Assembly (NCBI RefSeq): GCF_001194135.2
Contig: NC_069004.1
Coordinates: forward strand, 34,094,575-34,138,227
DNA length: 43,653 nucleotides
DNA from: Octopus bimaculoides
Taxonomy: Eukaryota
Direction of reading: 5' to 3'
Shown here: positions 1 to 10,493 of the stretch, piece by piece
How positions within the stretch are numbered: the stretch's first letter is position 1
How the letters are laid out: every line of letters begins with the position of its first letter
Notes under the pieces: generated by a model
Databases searched by the model: none
Seen by the model: the letters and a program-made list of their open reading frames with translations, nothing else
What the model was told of the DNA's origin: nothing
Position numbers and translations under genes: made by a program

Positions 1-60
1 TGAAAGACAAAGTCGACCTCGGCGCAATTTGAACTCAAAACGTCAAGACAGACGAAAATA
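1..60 (-). mobile_element. Family A tRNA-derived SINE, internal fragment cut by the window edge
   Basis: Reverse complement of the family core (GTTCTGAGTTCAAATT..CCGAGGTCGACTTTG..TTTCA) seen in the young copy at 31839. Confidence 0.8.
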
Positions 61-161
61 AAGAAAGTATTAAAAGCAAAAGTAGACAAGAATGGCAGCT
101 TTGGCAGATTTGTTCAAGTGACGGCAAAAGTAAATTGTACTGTGTGTATGTATACCCATGT

Positions 162-541
162 GTGGAGGCCCAATGGCCCAGTGGTTAGGGCAGTGGACTC
201 GCTGTCGTAGGATCGCGGTTTCGATTCCCAGACCGGGCGTTGAGTGTTTATTGAGGGAAAACACCTGAAGATCCACGAGGCTCCGGCAGGGGGTGGTGGC
301 GAACCATGCTCTACTCTTCCATCACAACTTTCTCTCACTCTTACTTCCTGCTTCTGTTGTACCTGTATTTCAAAAGGCCAGACTTGTCACACTCTGTTTC
401 ACGCTGAATCTCCCCGAGAACTACCTTAAGGGTACACGTGTCTATGGAGTACTCAGCCACTTGCACATTAATTTCATGAGCAGGCTGTTCCGTTGATCGG
501 ATCAACTGGAACCATCGTTGTCGTAAACGACGGAGTGCCAC
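162..541 (+). mobile_element. Full-length tRNA-derived SINE (family D: head 1 + tail X)
   Basis: Pol III A-box TGGCCCAGTGGTTAGG (174-189) and B-box-like GGTTTCGATTCCC (217-229). Its 3' ~170 bp (371-540) are homologous to 25376-25548. Confidence 0.8.
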
Positions 542-599
542 GAATCCCAATGTATTTATATGCATGTGCGTAGGTATGTGTATATACTTAAATATTGAT

Positions 600-990
600 A
601 ACACCTAGAAGGAGGTGCGTTTTTTCCACTCAGCAGAATCAATAGAGTTTTGACCCAAATAATTGATGTCACCAGACCATATCCAAAATTCATCGGTGTT
701 TCGATCCTGAACCGTAACACTCTCCCATCGTCTCCTCGTAGATTACAGCTCAATTCCTCTCAATTCCATAATCAGCAAGAGGCTCTTTGTGCTGCTTCGC
801 CCCATCCGACGCGCAGCTACCTTTCGGTCCTTTCCAATGGCTGTAAGCATCCTCCATGCCGAATGGGCAAGGTCTCCCTGCAGAGAAACTCGACTGAGAA
901 AAGCCTGCATAAGGCTCTCATACTTGCCACGCTTCAGTTTGTAGGCTTTATCACTCCTTTCTTCACACGGGACTGTGAGGTCTATCAGGA
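600..990 (-). mobile_element. Decayed 3' end of a HERO/NeSL-type non-LTR retrotransposon (restriction-like endonuclease C-terminus plus probable 3' UTR)
   Basis: Minus strand translates ILIDLTVPCEERSDKAYKLKRGKYESL...AHSAWRMLTAIG, then after a frameshift GEAAQRASC*LWN*. This fits the recalled RLE pattern ELTVPWE..A..RK..KY..L..PVEVGCRGF..S.W..L..AAE.AS.WLW, with stops and a deletion. Confidence 0.75.
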
Positions 991-1073
991 TTATATATAT
1001 ATTTTTCTCAATATTCAATTTTGTACATCACACCTAACGCGCGCGCACACACGCACACATTTTCTTAGGAAAT

Positions 1074-1206
1074 TATACTTTTCTCCTCTAGGCACATGGC
1101 TCGAAATTTTTGAGAAGGGGGCCAATCGATTAGATCGACCCAATACGCAATTGGTACTTAATTTAACGACCTCAGCAGAATTTGAACGCAGAACGTAAAG
1201 ACAGAC
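1074..1206 (-). mobile_element. Family A SINE, internally deleted
   Basis: Tail (CTAGGCACA..GAAATTTT), hairpin ATCGATTAGATCGACC and AATTTGAAC..AGAACGTAAAGACAGAC, all on the reverse strand. Confidence 0.75.
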
Positions 1207-1984
1207 AATTGTTGAGAAATTATAAAAAACGATAAAAATGCTTTATCGTATAATGTTAAGTAGTAAGCAGACAGTTTTTCATGCTGCACCGTAAGGTCAC
1301 GGCGAAGTCCATTGTCAAAATGGAAGAAGCCAGGTGTAGTCAAACTGTGAAACTCTAACAAATGGGTTAGACCTTAGCAAACCTTTATAAGCAGAGATAA
1401 TTCTACATACAGTTTTTCTTTTTTTTTTTCCTTGTGACAGTTAAAGTTTTTTTCTGTGAGACAGGGTTCAATTGAATTCTGGGAGATATGATTTCCTGTT
1501 TAGTTTATACACTCTGTGCTCGGCATTTGTGGAATTATTTTACGCTTCAGGAATTCGCCAGAACTTTTTGCTTGTCAGTTTTAAAATAATTTCTGCGTCA
1601 CATCTGGGTAAGTACAAACATCTCTCATGTTATTGTAATACTTATGTGAATTTTGAACAATGCATTTGTGGCAGGTTGTGTAGTAATTCTCTGTGAAGAT
1701 AAATGTTGAAATATTTGTATAAATAGCGAGTGGTTGTATGAATTAAATTTTCATGTAGCCAAATTATTTTTTGTATTAGACAACTAACTGTAAATTTTGT
1801 CAAATGGTTACTCGGCATTTTTGTATGAAGTAGTTTTGAGTAAATTTAAGGCAAACTAGATTTTTTGTTTGACTATTTAATTTTTTAACTATAATCATTG
1901 ATGCAGTCTGGCAGCCGTTTTGTGTCAGAGGTAGAGATCATAGGAGGAACCTAGTTTCAATGTGGCTGGACTACAAGAACGCCT

Positions 1985-2476
1985 TTGACTCGGTTTCCCA
2001 CTCTGCTAGAAGCCCTTCAACTTGCTAAAGTTCCAGTGAGAATAGTCAAAGCCATAGCTGACCTGACTTCATCGTGGGTCACCATATTGCCATTAAACAC
2101 AAAGAGTGAATGTATTATCACCGATAGAATGCAGTATCGCAAATACATATTCCAAGGAGTCAGCCTCTTTGTGACGCTGTCTATACTTTCTGTAAACCCA
2201 TTGTCATTCATGTTAAGGAAGTCTGAAGGATATCTGACTGGTTCACAAGGAAACAGAAATTCCCAAATTACACACTATTTCTTTGTGGATGGCCTAAAGC
2301 TTTATGCAAAGAATATGCATGAGATGAAAAAGAGCCTTGACCTAGTTACAACATTCTCAAAGGATGTAGGGTTGGAGTTTGGTCAGGATAAAAGTTGTTA
2401 TATGGTTGTGAAAAAGGGGAAAACTATAAACCAGATAAGTAACATCCGGCGATCTTACGATATCAGTACCAAAGAT
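1985..2476 (+). mobile_element. Inactive reverse-transcriptase fragment of an R4/Dong-clade-like non-LTR retrotransposon
   Basis: Open frame reads IFQGVSL...ILSVNPLS..GY...ITHYFFVDGLKLYAK...FSKDVGLEFGQDK, matching the recalled R4/Dong pattern IFQGDSLSP..LALNPLS..HL.YMDDLKLYA..FS.DIGM.FG.DKC. The catalytic YxDD reads FVDG (2282-2293). Similarity fades shortly before the gap at 2477. Confidence 0.75.
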
Positions 2477-2769
2477 NNNNNNNNNNNNNNNNNNNNNNNN
2501 NNNNNNNNNNNNNNNNNNNNNNNNNNNNNNNNNNNNNNNNNNNNNNNNNNNNNNNNNNNNNNNGTGTGTGTTTGTTTGTGTATGTGTGTGAGAGAGAGGG
2601 AGAGAGAGAGAGAAAGAAAGAGAGAGAGATAGAGGCGACCTTTCGTTTTGAATACATTTTACGTCATTTCTAATCCACGTGCGTTTGTTTATGTTTCCGT
2701 AAAAGGGTTTTAGGGTTACGGTTAGGATTAGGGACGGTACTTAATTTATCTGTTTCGTGTTAAGTCAAA

Positions 2770-2875
2770 TTAAGTACTGGGGTCGATTCATTCGACTAAA
2801 GAATATTGATGAAGGCGATGCCCCAGCATGGCCGCAGTCTAATGCCTGAAACAAGTAGAAGATAAAAGATAACAT
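2770..2875 (+). mobile_element. 5'-truncated 3' tail of the family C SINE
   Basis: TGGGGTCGATTCATTCGACTAA..AAGGCGATGCCCCAGCATGGCCGCAGTC..TGAAACAAGTAGAAGATAAAAGA matches 14110-14210. Confidence 0.75.
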
Positions 2876-3703
2876 GTATACACACACACACTGATCTAAC
2901 CCCAACTAATTGAATACGAATGAACATGCATTACGATATTACTAATTTCATATTTTTATACTTTCATATCCTTTTTTTTTATATATTCACATTTTTTAAC
3001 ATACAGAATCAGTAATAATTACATTCTTATACAGCCTATCAATATTAATAACCTTTAGTAAATTTATACCTCTTAATTATCTTTATTACAATTATCTAAT
3101 TTTACTCTAATAATTATAAACTTGTCTTCGCATTTACACTTGTAATTATCCAATACGCTTATCGTATCTTTTTTCTTTTTATATATGTTTCATTAACTTC
3201 ATCTGTTTCGACTATAATTACGTCTTTAATTTCCTTTAATCCTGTCTATTAATATGCTAGAGTCCTCATATGCACCGTCTCCACTTTCGTAGCTTCGTAA
3301 CATTTTCACGTGTGACATATCTGTTTCGCGTTAAGTCAAAGTGAATCGTTAAATTCTTTTGTTTGACATGGTGAGGTACACAGCGATACTTAGACATTCG
3401 TACAGAGCTCGTACACGCATATATATATATATATATATATATATGAGTGAGGGACTGTGTCCTTGGTGGTCAAGCTGCTCTTTGGTCTGTGGGGTTGTTT
3501 GATTGGCCCTGGTTAGAGGATCTCCTCTATCAGGAGGACTGCATACACCATGCGTTCACATATTTTGATCTTTTATGTAAACCTCTACACTAATTGCCAA
3601 CTTATACTTGTAATGTCACCTCATGGGATGCCCTTGTGGCAAATATAAGGAATTGCAGCGGCATCTTTCGGTCTTTTACATGCTGGGTATAAAATCTTCT
3701 TCT

Positions 3704-3911
3704 TCTTGCAGCGACCTGGCACAATCGGGCAAAATACTTAACGGCATTTCGCCCGTCTTTACATTCCGAGTTCAAATTCCACTGAGGTCGACTTTGCCTT
3801 TCCTGGGCCGATGAAATAAGTACCAGTTGAACACTGGGGTCGATATAATTGACTAGTCTCCCCCCCCCAAATTTCAGGTCTTGTACCTAGAGTAGAAAAG
3901 ATTATTATTAT
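3704..3911 (+). mobile_element. Family A SINE
   Basis: GAGTTCAAATTCC B-box, GAGGTCGACTTTGCCTTTC core, tail CCCCAAATTTCAGGTCTTGTACCTAGAGTAGAAAAG(ATT)n. Confidence 0.85.
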
Positions 3912-3916
3912 TACTG

Positions 3917-4170
3917 AAGGCGGCGAGCAGGCAAAATCGTCAGCACTCCGGATGAAATGCTTAACGGCATTTCGTCCGTTTTTACGTTCTGAGTTCGAAT
4001 CCCGCCGAGGATGACTTTGCCTTTCATCCTTTCGGCGTCGATTAAACAAGTACCAGTTACGCACTGTGGTCCATATAATCGACTTAATCCCCTACCCCAA
4101 GCTGCCCGTGGCAAAAATTTAAAATCATCATCGTTATTATCATTATTATTATTATTATTATTATTATTAA
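3917..4170 (+). mobile_element. Family A SINE, head-to-tail after the previous copy
   Basis: Starts AAGGCGGCGAGCAGGCAAAATCG directly after the (ATT)n tail of 3704-3911. Full core present; ends in ATC/ATT repeats. Confidence 0.85.
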
Positions 4171-4410
4171 CCTTATGGTTCTTGGAAACGTGACCTGAAA
4201 GTTTGCTGCAATATGAAGGCCATCGAGTGCATTTCATCAGCAGATAATTTAGCTACTGTGTGGGATATTCGTCTTGTATAACAGAGAGGGAGCGAGAGTG
4301 AAAGAGAGAGATAGACAGAAAGAGAAGGAAAGCGAGCGAGAGAGTGAAAGAAAGAGAGGAGAGTATGGTATAGAGTATGGTGTAGAGTATGGAAAGAGAG
4401 GAGAGTATGG

Positions 4411-4483
4411 TATAATAATGATCCTTTCTACTAAAGGCACAAGGCCTGAAATTTTGTGGGAGGGTATAAGTCGATTACATCGA
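4411..4483 (-). mobile_element. Family A SINE tail ending at a 10-N gap, identical to 5253-5325
   Basis: 73/73 identity to 5253-5325 by direct comparison. Confidence 0.75.
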
Positions 4484-4493
4484 NNNNNNNNNN

Positions 4494-5225
4494 AATCATT
4501 ATTATTATAATGATAATGACGATGATGATTTTAACGAAAGTGATTATTATACGGTTAGTGCTGCTGCTGCTGATAATGATGAGGATGGTGGTGGTGGTGA
4601 TGATGAAGAGATGGAAGAGAATGAATTGGCGCATAATGATGATGAGGATGATGATGTAGCAGGGGGCCAGAAGAAGGTGGAGATGGCGGATGACGATGTC
4701 CAAAACGACGACGACGGAGAGGATAATGATGAGTGATGTTGATGAAGAGGATGATGTTGATGATGGTAATGATGATGATGATGATGATGATGGTGACGAT
4801 AGTGGTGATGATGATGCTCTTGATAATTTTGCCGATAGGTATGACGAAGGTAATGGGTGTGTTAACGATGGAGATGCAAAGAAAAAGAAGACTGAAGAAA
4901 TGGAAGAAGAAAAAAGATGATGATGATGATGATGATGCGGTCCAGTTAATGTAAAGTGTGCCACACAATAGAGTATCATCTTCGTTGCTTGGTTCCAAAA
5001 TATGGTGGAACAATTACAGAGAGCGGAACATAATAAAGACTAATTGTTTGGCGGGAGATCTTTAATGAATTCATGGCTTCCCTCTATAATACTAATTACC
5101 GAGACGACGACGGCGACGACTCGGCGTCGGCGGCGGCGGTGATCATGGTGGTGGCTGTGATGATGATGATGATGGTGATAGTTTTACGGATTTGCTACAC
5201 ATAAGAATGATAGTGATGATGATGA
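4494..5225. repeat. Mosaic trinucleotide low-complexity tract (GAT/GGT/GAC/GAA/GGC)
   Basis: Direct inspection; it generates the poly-D, poly-M and poly-H pseudo-ORFs. About 4960-5100 is less repetitive. Confidence 0.8.
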
Positions 5226-5471
5226 TAATAATAATAATAATAATAATAATAATATAATAATGATCCTTTCTACTAAAGGCACAAGGCCTGAAATTTTGTG
5301 GGAGGGTATAAGTCGATTACATCGACCGCAGTGCGTAACTGGTACTTATGTCATCGACCCCGAAAGGATGAAAGGCAAAGTCGACCTCGGCGGAATTTGA
5401 ACTTAGAACGTAAGGACGTACGAAATGCCGCTTAGCATTTTGTCCGACATGCTAACGATTCTATTAGCTCG
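5226..5471 (-). mobile_element. Family A SINE, near full length with (ATT)n tail
   Basis: (AAT)n, then GATCCTTTCTACTAAAGGCACAAGGCC..CGAAAGGATGAAAGGCAAAGTCGACCTCGGCGGAATTTGAAC..GCTAACGATTCT..AGCTCGC. Confidence 0.9.
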
Positions 5472-6429
5472 CAATAACGATGATATTTATCAGCGACAAG
5501 GACACGAGGACAAAGACCATTGATGAAGAGTTCCTGAGTTTTGAAGCGGTCTTGGCAGGACATAATACTGGTAACGCTTTAGGGTCTGGTGGGGTCATAA
5601 GACCTTATTTGTCCATGCTGTGATACTCCCGAGCTTTATCTGGCCGAAGCTATTCTGCTAATAATGTTCCACGAAAGGATTGGTCGTCGACACTGATGAA
5701 TCTTGCAGTCACCCTTTATCTCTCCGTTTCCTGGAAAATGCAGGACTAGCTTATTGCTAGTCACACGAAATTTGTGCTAGCATTTTAGCCTGTTTGAAAG
5801 ATGATATATTTAGTGCCATACAAACACCCTTTCTCTCCTATTAAAGGACATTTCACTGAAGATATCTCGCAGAACTGACTCAATCTTTACTTTAATCGAA
5901 AAAAAGAAAACCCTGCTCTCGAAATGGCAAACTGTGGACTACCTTCACCCTTTCACAAATTTCTGGCGTGAATTATGGTGGACTGGTGTTTGTTATCTTC
6001 TAAATGCTTCCAAACTTCAGTGCTTTTGGTAAAAGCTTCCATTTTTATTTTTTCTTCTCTTGTTCAAAAGAATGTTTAGCAAAAAATAGCATTTTGTTAT
6101 TCATATTTTTCTTTAAAAATTACGCCTACGCAAACTCTGTTTTGTGTTGATGTTATTGTTGATGATATTGTTTTTGACGCCATTGACCATATTTCGACAA
6201 GGGATTTCAAAGTCACTGCTAAAACATTACCGTTTTCTTTTGTTTATGATCGATATTAATATTTCGCTATGCAACCAAAATGCTTCATTTTTTTGTTCGT
6301 TTGCTGTGTGTGAAAGGCGCTATTTTCCATTATGTCTTTGGCGGGGGCGGATCGTGAAATATTCGTAACCATGCTGGCTTAATTCACGAAGGCGTCGTGA
6401 AATAAAAAGGGAGAATAAACATCAGAGAT

Positions 6430-7090
6430 GTCTTGCCCCACGCAGGAGCAACAAGAGATACTCAGAGGTTTTTCAAGCTCTTCTAAATCCATAGCAATGC
6501 TGGAAAACTTTCTGCATCGTCAGCAGGTATCCTAGAGTCACAAACATTTCGCCTCTTAGTCTTTACGTTTCCTCTGAGTGGTGTGACGAGGACTAAGATA
6601 ACCTTCCCTACAAAAGGGTGGTTCCTCTTGTGGTTTCTTGTCAATTTATAGCCATGTTGAGCAAGTTTCGGCTGCCGTGCCTATTTCTTTGGTAGCTTTC
6701 TTCGGTTACCTGAGTTCCAGACTTATCTTCTGCAGGAAATAGCGCACTGATCTAGATGGGAAACTGCGGCAGCCGACTTCAAAGGGGAATGAGGCCGCAA
6801 TCCACCCCTTGACATGGTCCTTGTCGACTAAGTTCTGATATCTCGATTTCTTTATCTGGTGGGAAATATCGAGTCTTTCCTAAAGCACTGAGTGCGATCG
6901 CAATGGTTGTTCTTGCATTCCTGAAGAGCAGGGACATGTCTGGACGGAATTGATGTTTCCAGTATCTCTTCTAGCAAGACAAGTCTACCCTTCAGTTCCA
7001 CTTGCATCTACCAAAATAACTGAATAGCCAGTGAGGAAGGAAACCGAGTATGTCTTCTCTGAAGAGTAGCCAACAAACGGCGAAATATTC
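6430..7090 (-). mobile_element. Second decayed HERO/NeSL-type RLE retrotransposon 3' fragment
   Basis: Minus strand gives RPDMSLL..TIAIALS (around 6950-6885), then K.KSRYQNLVDKDHVKGWIAASFPFEVGCRSFPSRSVRYFLQ..*..ATKEIGTAAETCSTWL*. This matches RLE motifs RPD..ELT..K..KY..GW..P.EVGCRGF..AAE..S.WL. The 3' UTR boundary is approximate. Confidence 0.8.
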
Positions 7091-7147
7091 ATCACAAGAC
7101 ACCCTCACTTTTTTTTTTTGCAAATCGAAACACCTAAGATTGTGTTC

Positions 7148-7149
<2 letters not shown>

Positions 7150-7184
<35 letters not shown>

Positions 7185-7562
7185 AAGTAGAATGTTGCAG
7201 ACTCTTGAGAGGAGAAAAAAAATTTAATTGTCTGATAAACGAAACAGAAGACTTCGAACTGTGTGTGTATGCGTTTGTGTGTGTTTTGTTATGTATGTAT
7301 GTATATATATATGTGTGTGTGTGTGTCTGTTTGTATGTATGTATGTATGTATGTGTGTGTGTCTCTATGTGCGTATGTGAGTGTGTGTGTGTGCGTGTGT
7401 CTGCGCGCACGTGCGTGTTGTGTATTGCTTCGAAAATACTGTCATTTAAATATTACCTTTGAAACTTTCAAAAACCATAACTGTCTCGAAATGTTCCTGA
7501 CCATTCCTCTGAAGAGTCACGAAAAACCAAATATGTAGATAATCACGATGCCTTTATACATT

Positions 7563-7593
<31 letters not shown>

Positions 7594-8063
7594 TGGAGAG
7601 AAGGAGATAGAAATAAAAAGAGAGATAAGTAGGGGAGGGGTGACGGGCTGAGAATATATTTTAATACTTGGCACAGATATAATCTCACAAATATATACAC
7701 GCACCCATGCACACACGCTACAGCGACACTCACATATATAAAGACATACATGCTCGCGTGTGCGTTTATGTGGCTAAAATTTTAATGTGCGTGTGTGTGA
7801 GTATGTGTGTGTGTGTGTTGATGTATGAATAAATGCATGCACTGTTGCAGTTTGGTCGGCAGAGACATCTGTAATAACAGTAAATAAACTATTGTTGTAG
7901 GTTAATGCTATATTAGAGCTGTACAGGGATAAAGTAAATCAAAGATGTTAACTGGGAGAGAGAGAGAGAGAGAAAGCAAAAGAGTGAGAAAGAGAAATGG
8001 AGAGAATGCGAGAGGGAGCAAAGAAAATAATACCATAATACACACACACACACACACATATAT

Positions 8064-8121
<58 letters not shown>

Positions 8122-8190
8122 GTATGTATGTATATGCATGTGTGTGTATGTATGTACACGGAATGATGGATGCAGAGTATGTGACAATTA
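7150..8190. repeat. Compound (TG)/(TA)/(GA)/(TATG) microsatellite tracts
   Basis: Direct inspection. Confidence 0.85.
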
Positions 8191-8334
8191 TGTAACTGTA
8201 ACTGACAACTTAGTAGGTTATAATCGTCTTTAAGCAGAAAAACTCGAAAGCATCCAGACAGTTCTAGTGATTTTCATTGGTCATACATCGATAGAGACAT
8301 AACGACCAGGTAAACAATGGAATGATTATGGTCT

Positions 8335-8410
8335 AAACACACACACACACACACATACGCCCACCTATACATACATATAAATCTAAACATANNNNNNNNN
8401 NACATATAGC

Positions 8411-8441
<31 letters not shown>

Positions 8442-8874
8442 GACACATACATACATGTATATATACATATATGTAAATATAAGTATTTTAAATGTAATTC
8501 AATGCGACTATTATATGCGTATATATACGTAGATGTATGTTATGTGCATATGTATATATATATATATGTATACGCAAATATATATACAAATATATACACA
8601 TGTATGTATATATCAGGGGTGTATGTATATAGTACATTGTATTATAATCGCATATGCATATAAATTTATATATATATATATATATTTCCACGCATACACA
8701 TATGTACATTTATACAAATGTACACACGCATATACATATATATATATATGTACATGTATTTCTTAAATTATGAAATATATATTATATATATATATCTATA
8801 TATATATATTGATTGATATATACGTTTACTGCGATATATTTCAAGTATTTATCGTGGTAGAAATCTTTCTAGCT

Positions 8875-8905
<31 letters not shown>

Positions 8906-8962
8906 CTTGTCTCTTAAAACAGAAACACGCACACATATATACATATGTATGTATGTACGTAT
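8335..8962. repeat. (TA)/(CA)/(CT) degenerate microsatellite region flanking gaps at 8392-8401 and 8963-9476
   Basis: Direct inspection. Confidence 0.85.
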
Positions 8963-9519
8963 NNNNNNNNNNNNNNNNNNNNNNNNNNNNNNNNNNNNNN
9001 NNNNNNNNNNNNNNNNNNNNNNNNNNNNNNNNNNNNNNNNNNNNNNNNNNNNNNNNNNNNNNNNNNNNNNNNNNNNNNNNNNNNNNNNNNNNNNNNNNNN
9101 NNNNNNNNNNNNNNNNNNNNNNNNNNNNNNNNNNNNNNNNNNNNNNNNNNNNNNNNNNNNNNNNNNNNNNNNNNNNNNNNNNNNNNNNNNNNNNNNNNNN
9201 NNNNNNNNNNNNNNNNNNNNNNNNNNNNNNNNNNNNNNNNNNNNNNNNNNNNNNNNNNNNNNNNNNNNNNNNNNNNNNNNNNNNNNNNNNNNNNNNNNNN
9301 NNNNNNNNNNNNNNNNNNNNNNNNNNNNNNNNNNNNNNNNNNNNNNNNNNNNNNNNNNNNNNNNNNNNNNNNNNNNNNNNNNNNNNNNNNNNNNNNNNNN
9401 NNNNNNNNNNNNNNNNNNNNNNNNNNNNNNNNNNNNNNNNNNNNNNNNNNNNNNNNNNNNNNNNNNNNNNNNNNNNCATAATGCATACGTACATATATAT
9501 GTGTGTGTGTATGCCTGCG

Positions 9520-9720
9520 TATTTGTATGTATGCTCTCTTCTGTTTTTTAATTATTTGAAATCTTTCTCAGAGGAAGGAGCTGGTTTCTAACAAAGATAC
9601 AAAAGCTTCATCTTTGGAATGTAGATAACAAAAAGAATCTCACGTTTTAAACTTTAGAAAAGTCTTGCATATCTTTAGTGTTCCACTAGCAGATTGATAT
9701 TTGCAACGCTGGAGTTTTTT
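9520..9720. repeat. Unclassified dispersed repeat; inverted homolog at 32410-32715
   Basis: GAGGAAGGAGCTGGTTTCTAACAAAGATACAAAAG..TTGGAAT aligns with the reverse complement GGAGAAAGAGCCGGTTTCTAATCTAGATCCAAGG..TTGGAAT at ~32670-32620, with flanking similarity on both sides. Confidence 0.6.
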
Positions 9721-10109
9721 GTTTTTTATGTATATATATATATATGTATGTATGTGTGTATTTGTATATTTGAGATTAGGCATCCTTGCATGGTCGAAAT
9801 GCTAGAAAAAGATCGGAACTAAGTTCAAAGTCAGCAACAAATAAGGTTAATTTGCTGGCTATCACTGCTGACTTGGCAAACGGAAGGCTGTTAATTTTCC
9901 TCAGTCTACGACACAAAAATTGTTGATAATTTATGGTCGTGTAAAACCTCTCCTGGTCAAAACTATCTTCCATGAAATTGAATGAAAAAGATGTCTTTCA
10001 AATGTTATCCTTTCTCCTATGTATGAAAGTATGTATCTCTATATATGTGTGCGTGCATGCGTGTATACACACACGCATGTGTATACATATATATACATAC
10101 ATACATACA

Positions 10110-10450
10110 TATATATAAAATCAAAATAAACAACAAGGATATCCGAAGTTAATGCAGTACGATCGTTTCATGCGACTCCATTTATTTAAGCAATGTGAAC
10201 ATTACATCAAATGTAAAATGCTGAGCAATCCTCAGCTGTACAAAGATATAGAAATTTGCGCATAACCAACTTTGATCTCTATAATATTTTAATTCACTAT
10301 CACATACCCACCACTGTACATTCCGTTGCCAAATTAGGTGCCAAAGAGAAGCTAACCGAAATTTCCCTCCAATGTGGTTATCGTGAAGAATTTATATTTA
10401 GATAATGGTTAAGAGAAGTATCTCGTATGTTTAGACATCCGTAAAATATT
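10110..10450 (-). mobile_element. Penelope-like element terminal repeat (pLTR)-like segment
   Basis: Contains a CTGAGGA...GAAAC hammerhead-type signature followed by a T-rich end on the minus strand, and abuts an inverted duplication. Both are characteristic of PLE termini. No PLE ORF was confirmed. Confidence 0.55.
10153..10241 (-). ncRNA. Minimal type I hammerhead ribozyme-like motif, probably degenerate
   Basis: Minus strand reads GTACAG-CTGAGGA-(~60 nt)-GAAA-CGATCG-TA-CTGCA. It has the core CUGANGA and GAAA, palindromic stem III ACGAUCGU, a GUA cleavage triplet, and stem I CAG/CUG. Stem II is weak (U.U at 10.1/11.1). Confidence 0.55.
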
Positions 10451-10493
10451 TCAACGGATGTCTAAACGTACGACATACTTCTCTTAACCATTA
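10403..10493. repeat. Near-perfect inverted repeat (40-bp arms, 2 mismatches, 11-nt spacer)
   Basis: 10403-10442 TAATGGTTAAGAGAAGTATCTCGTATGTTTAGACATCCGT versus reverse complement of 10454-10493 TAATGGTTAAGAGAAGTATGTCGTACGTTTAGACATCCGT. Confidence 0.95.

Noticed and set aside
162-240. tRNA gene
   Set aside because: A and B boxes are present but there is no intact acceptor stem, and it continues into a SINE body. The same applies to all other SINE heads.
650-1198. 182-aa plus-strand ORF
   Set aside because: It is the antisense shadow of the HERO-like fragment plus a SINE.
2282-2293. Catalytic Asp-to-Gly (A>G) change in the RT relic as a footprint of ADAR editing
   Set aside because: A single transition in a decayed element is fully explained by neutral mutation.
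2704-2733. Telomere-like TTAGGG repeats (also ~37073-37088)
   Set aside because: Only 2-4 degenerate units; not an interstitial telomeric array.
4431-5013. Long ORFs with poly-D, -M, -H, -S or -I, including an acidic 76-aa peptide at 4690-4920
   Set aside because: They are produced by trinucleotide mosaics open in several frames on both strands, with no splice or homology support.
7509-7524. Hammerhead-like core CTGAAGAGTCACGAAA (also 7059-7085 and ~5694)
   Set aside because: No pairable stem I or stem III and no cleavage triplet in the required positions.
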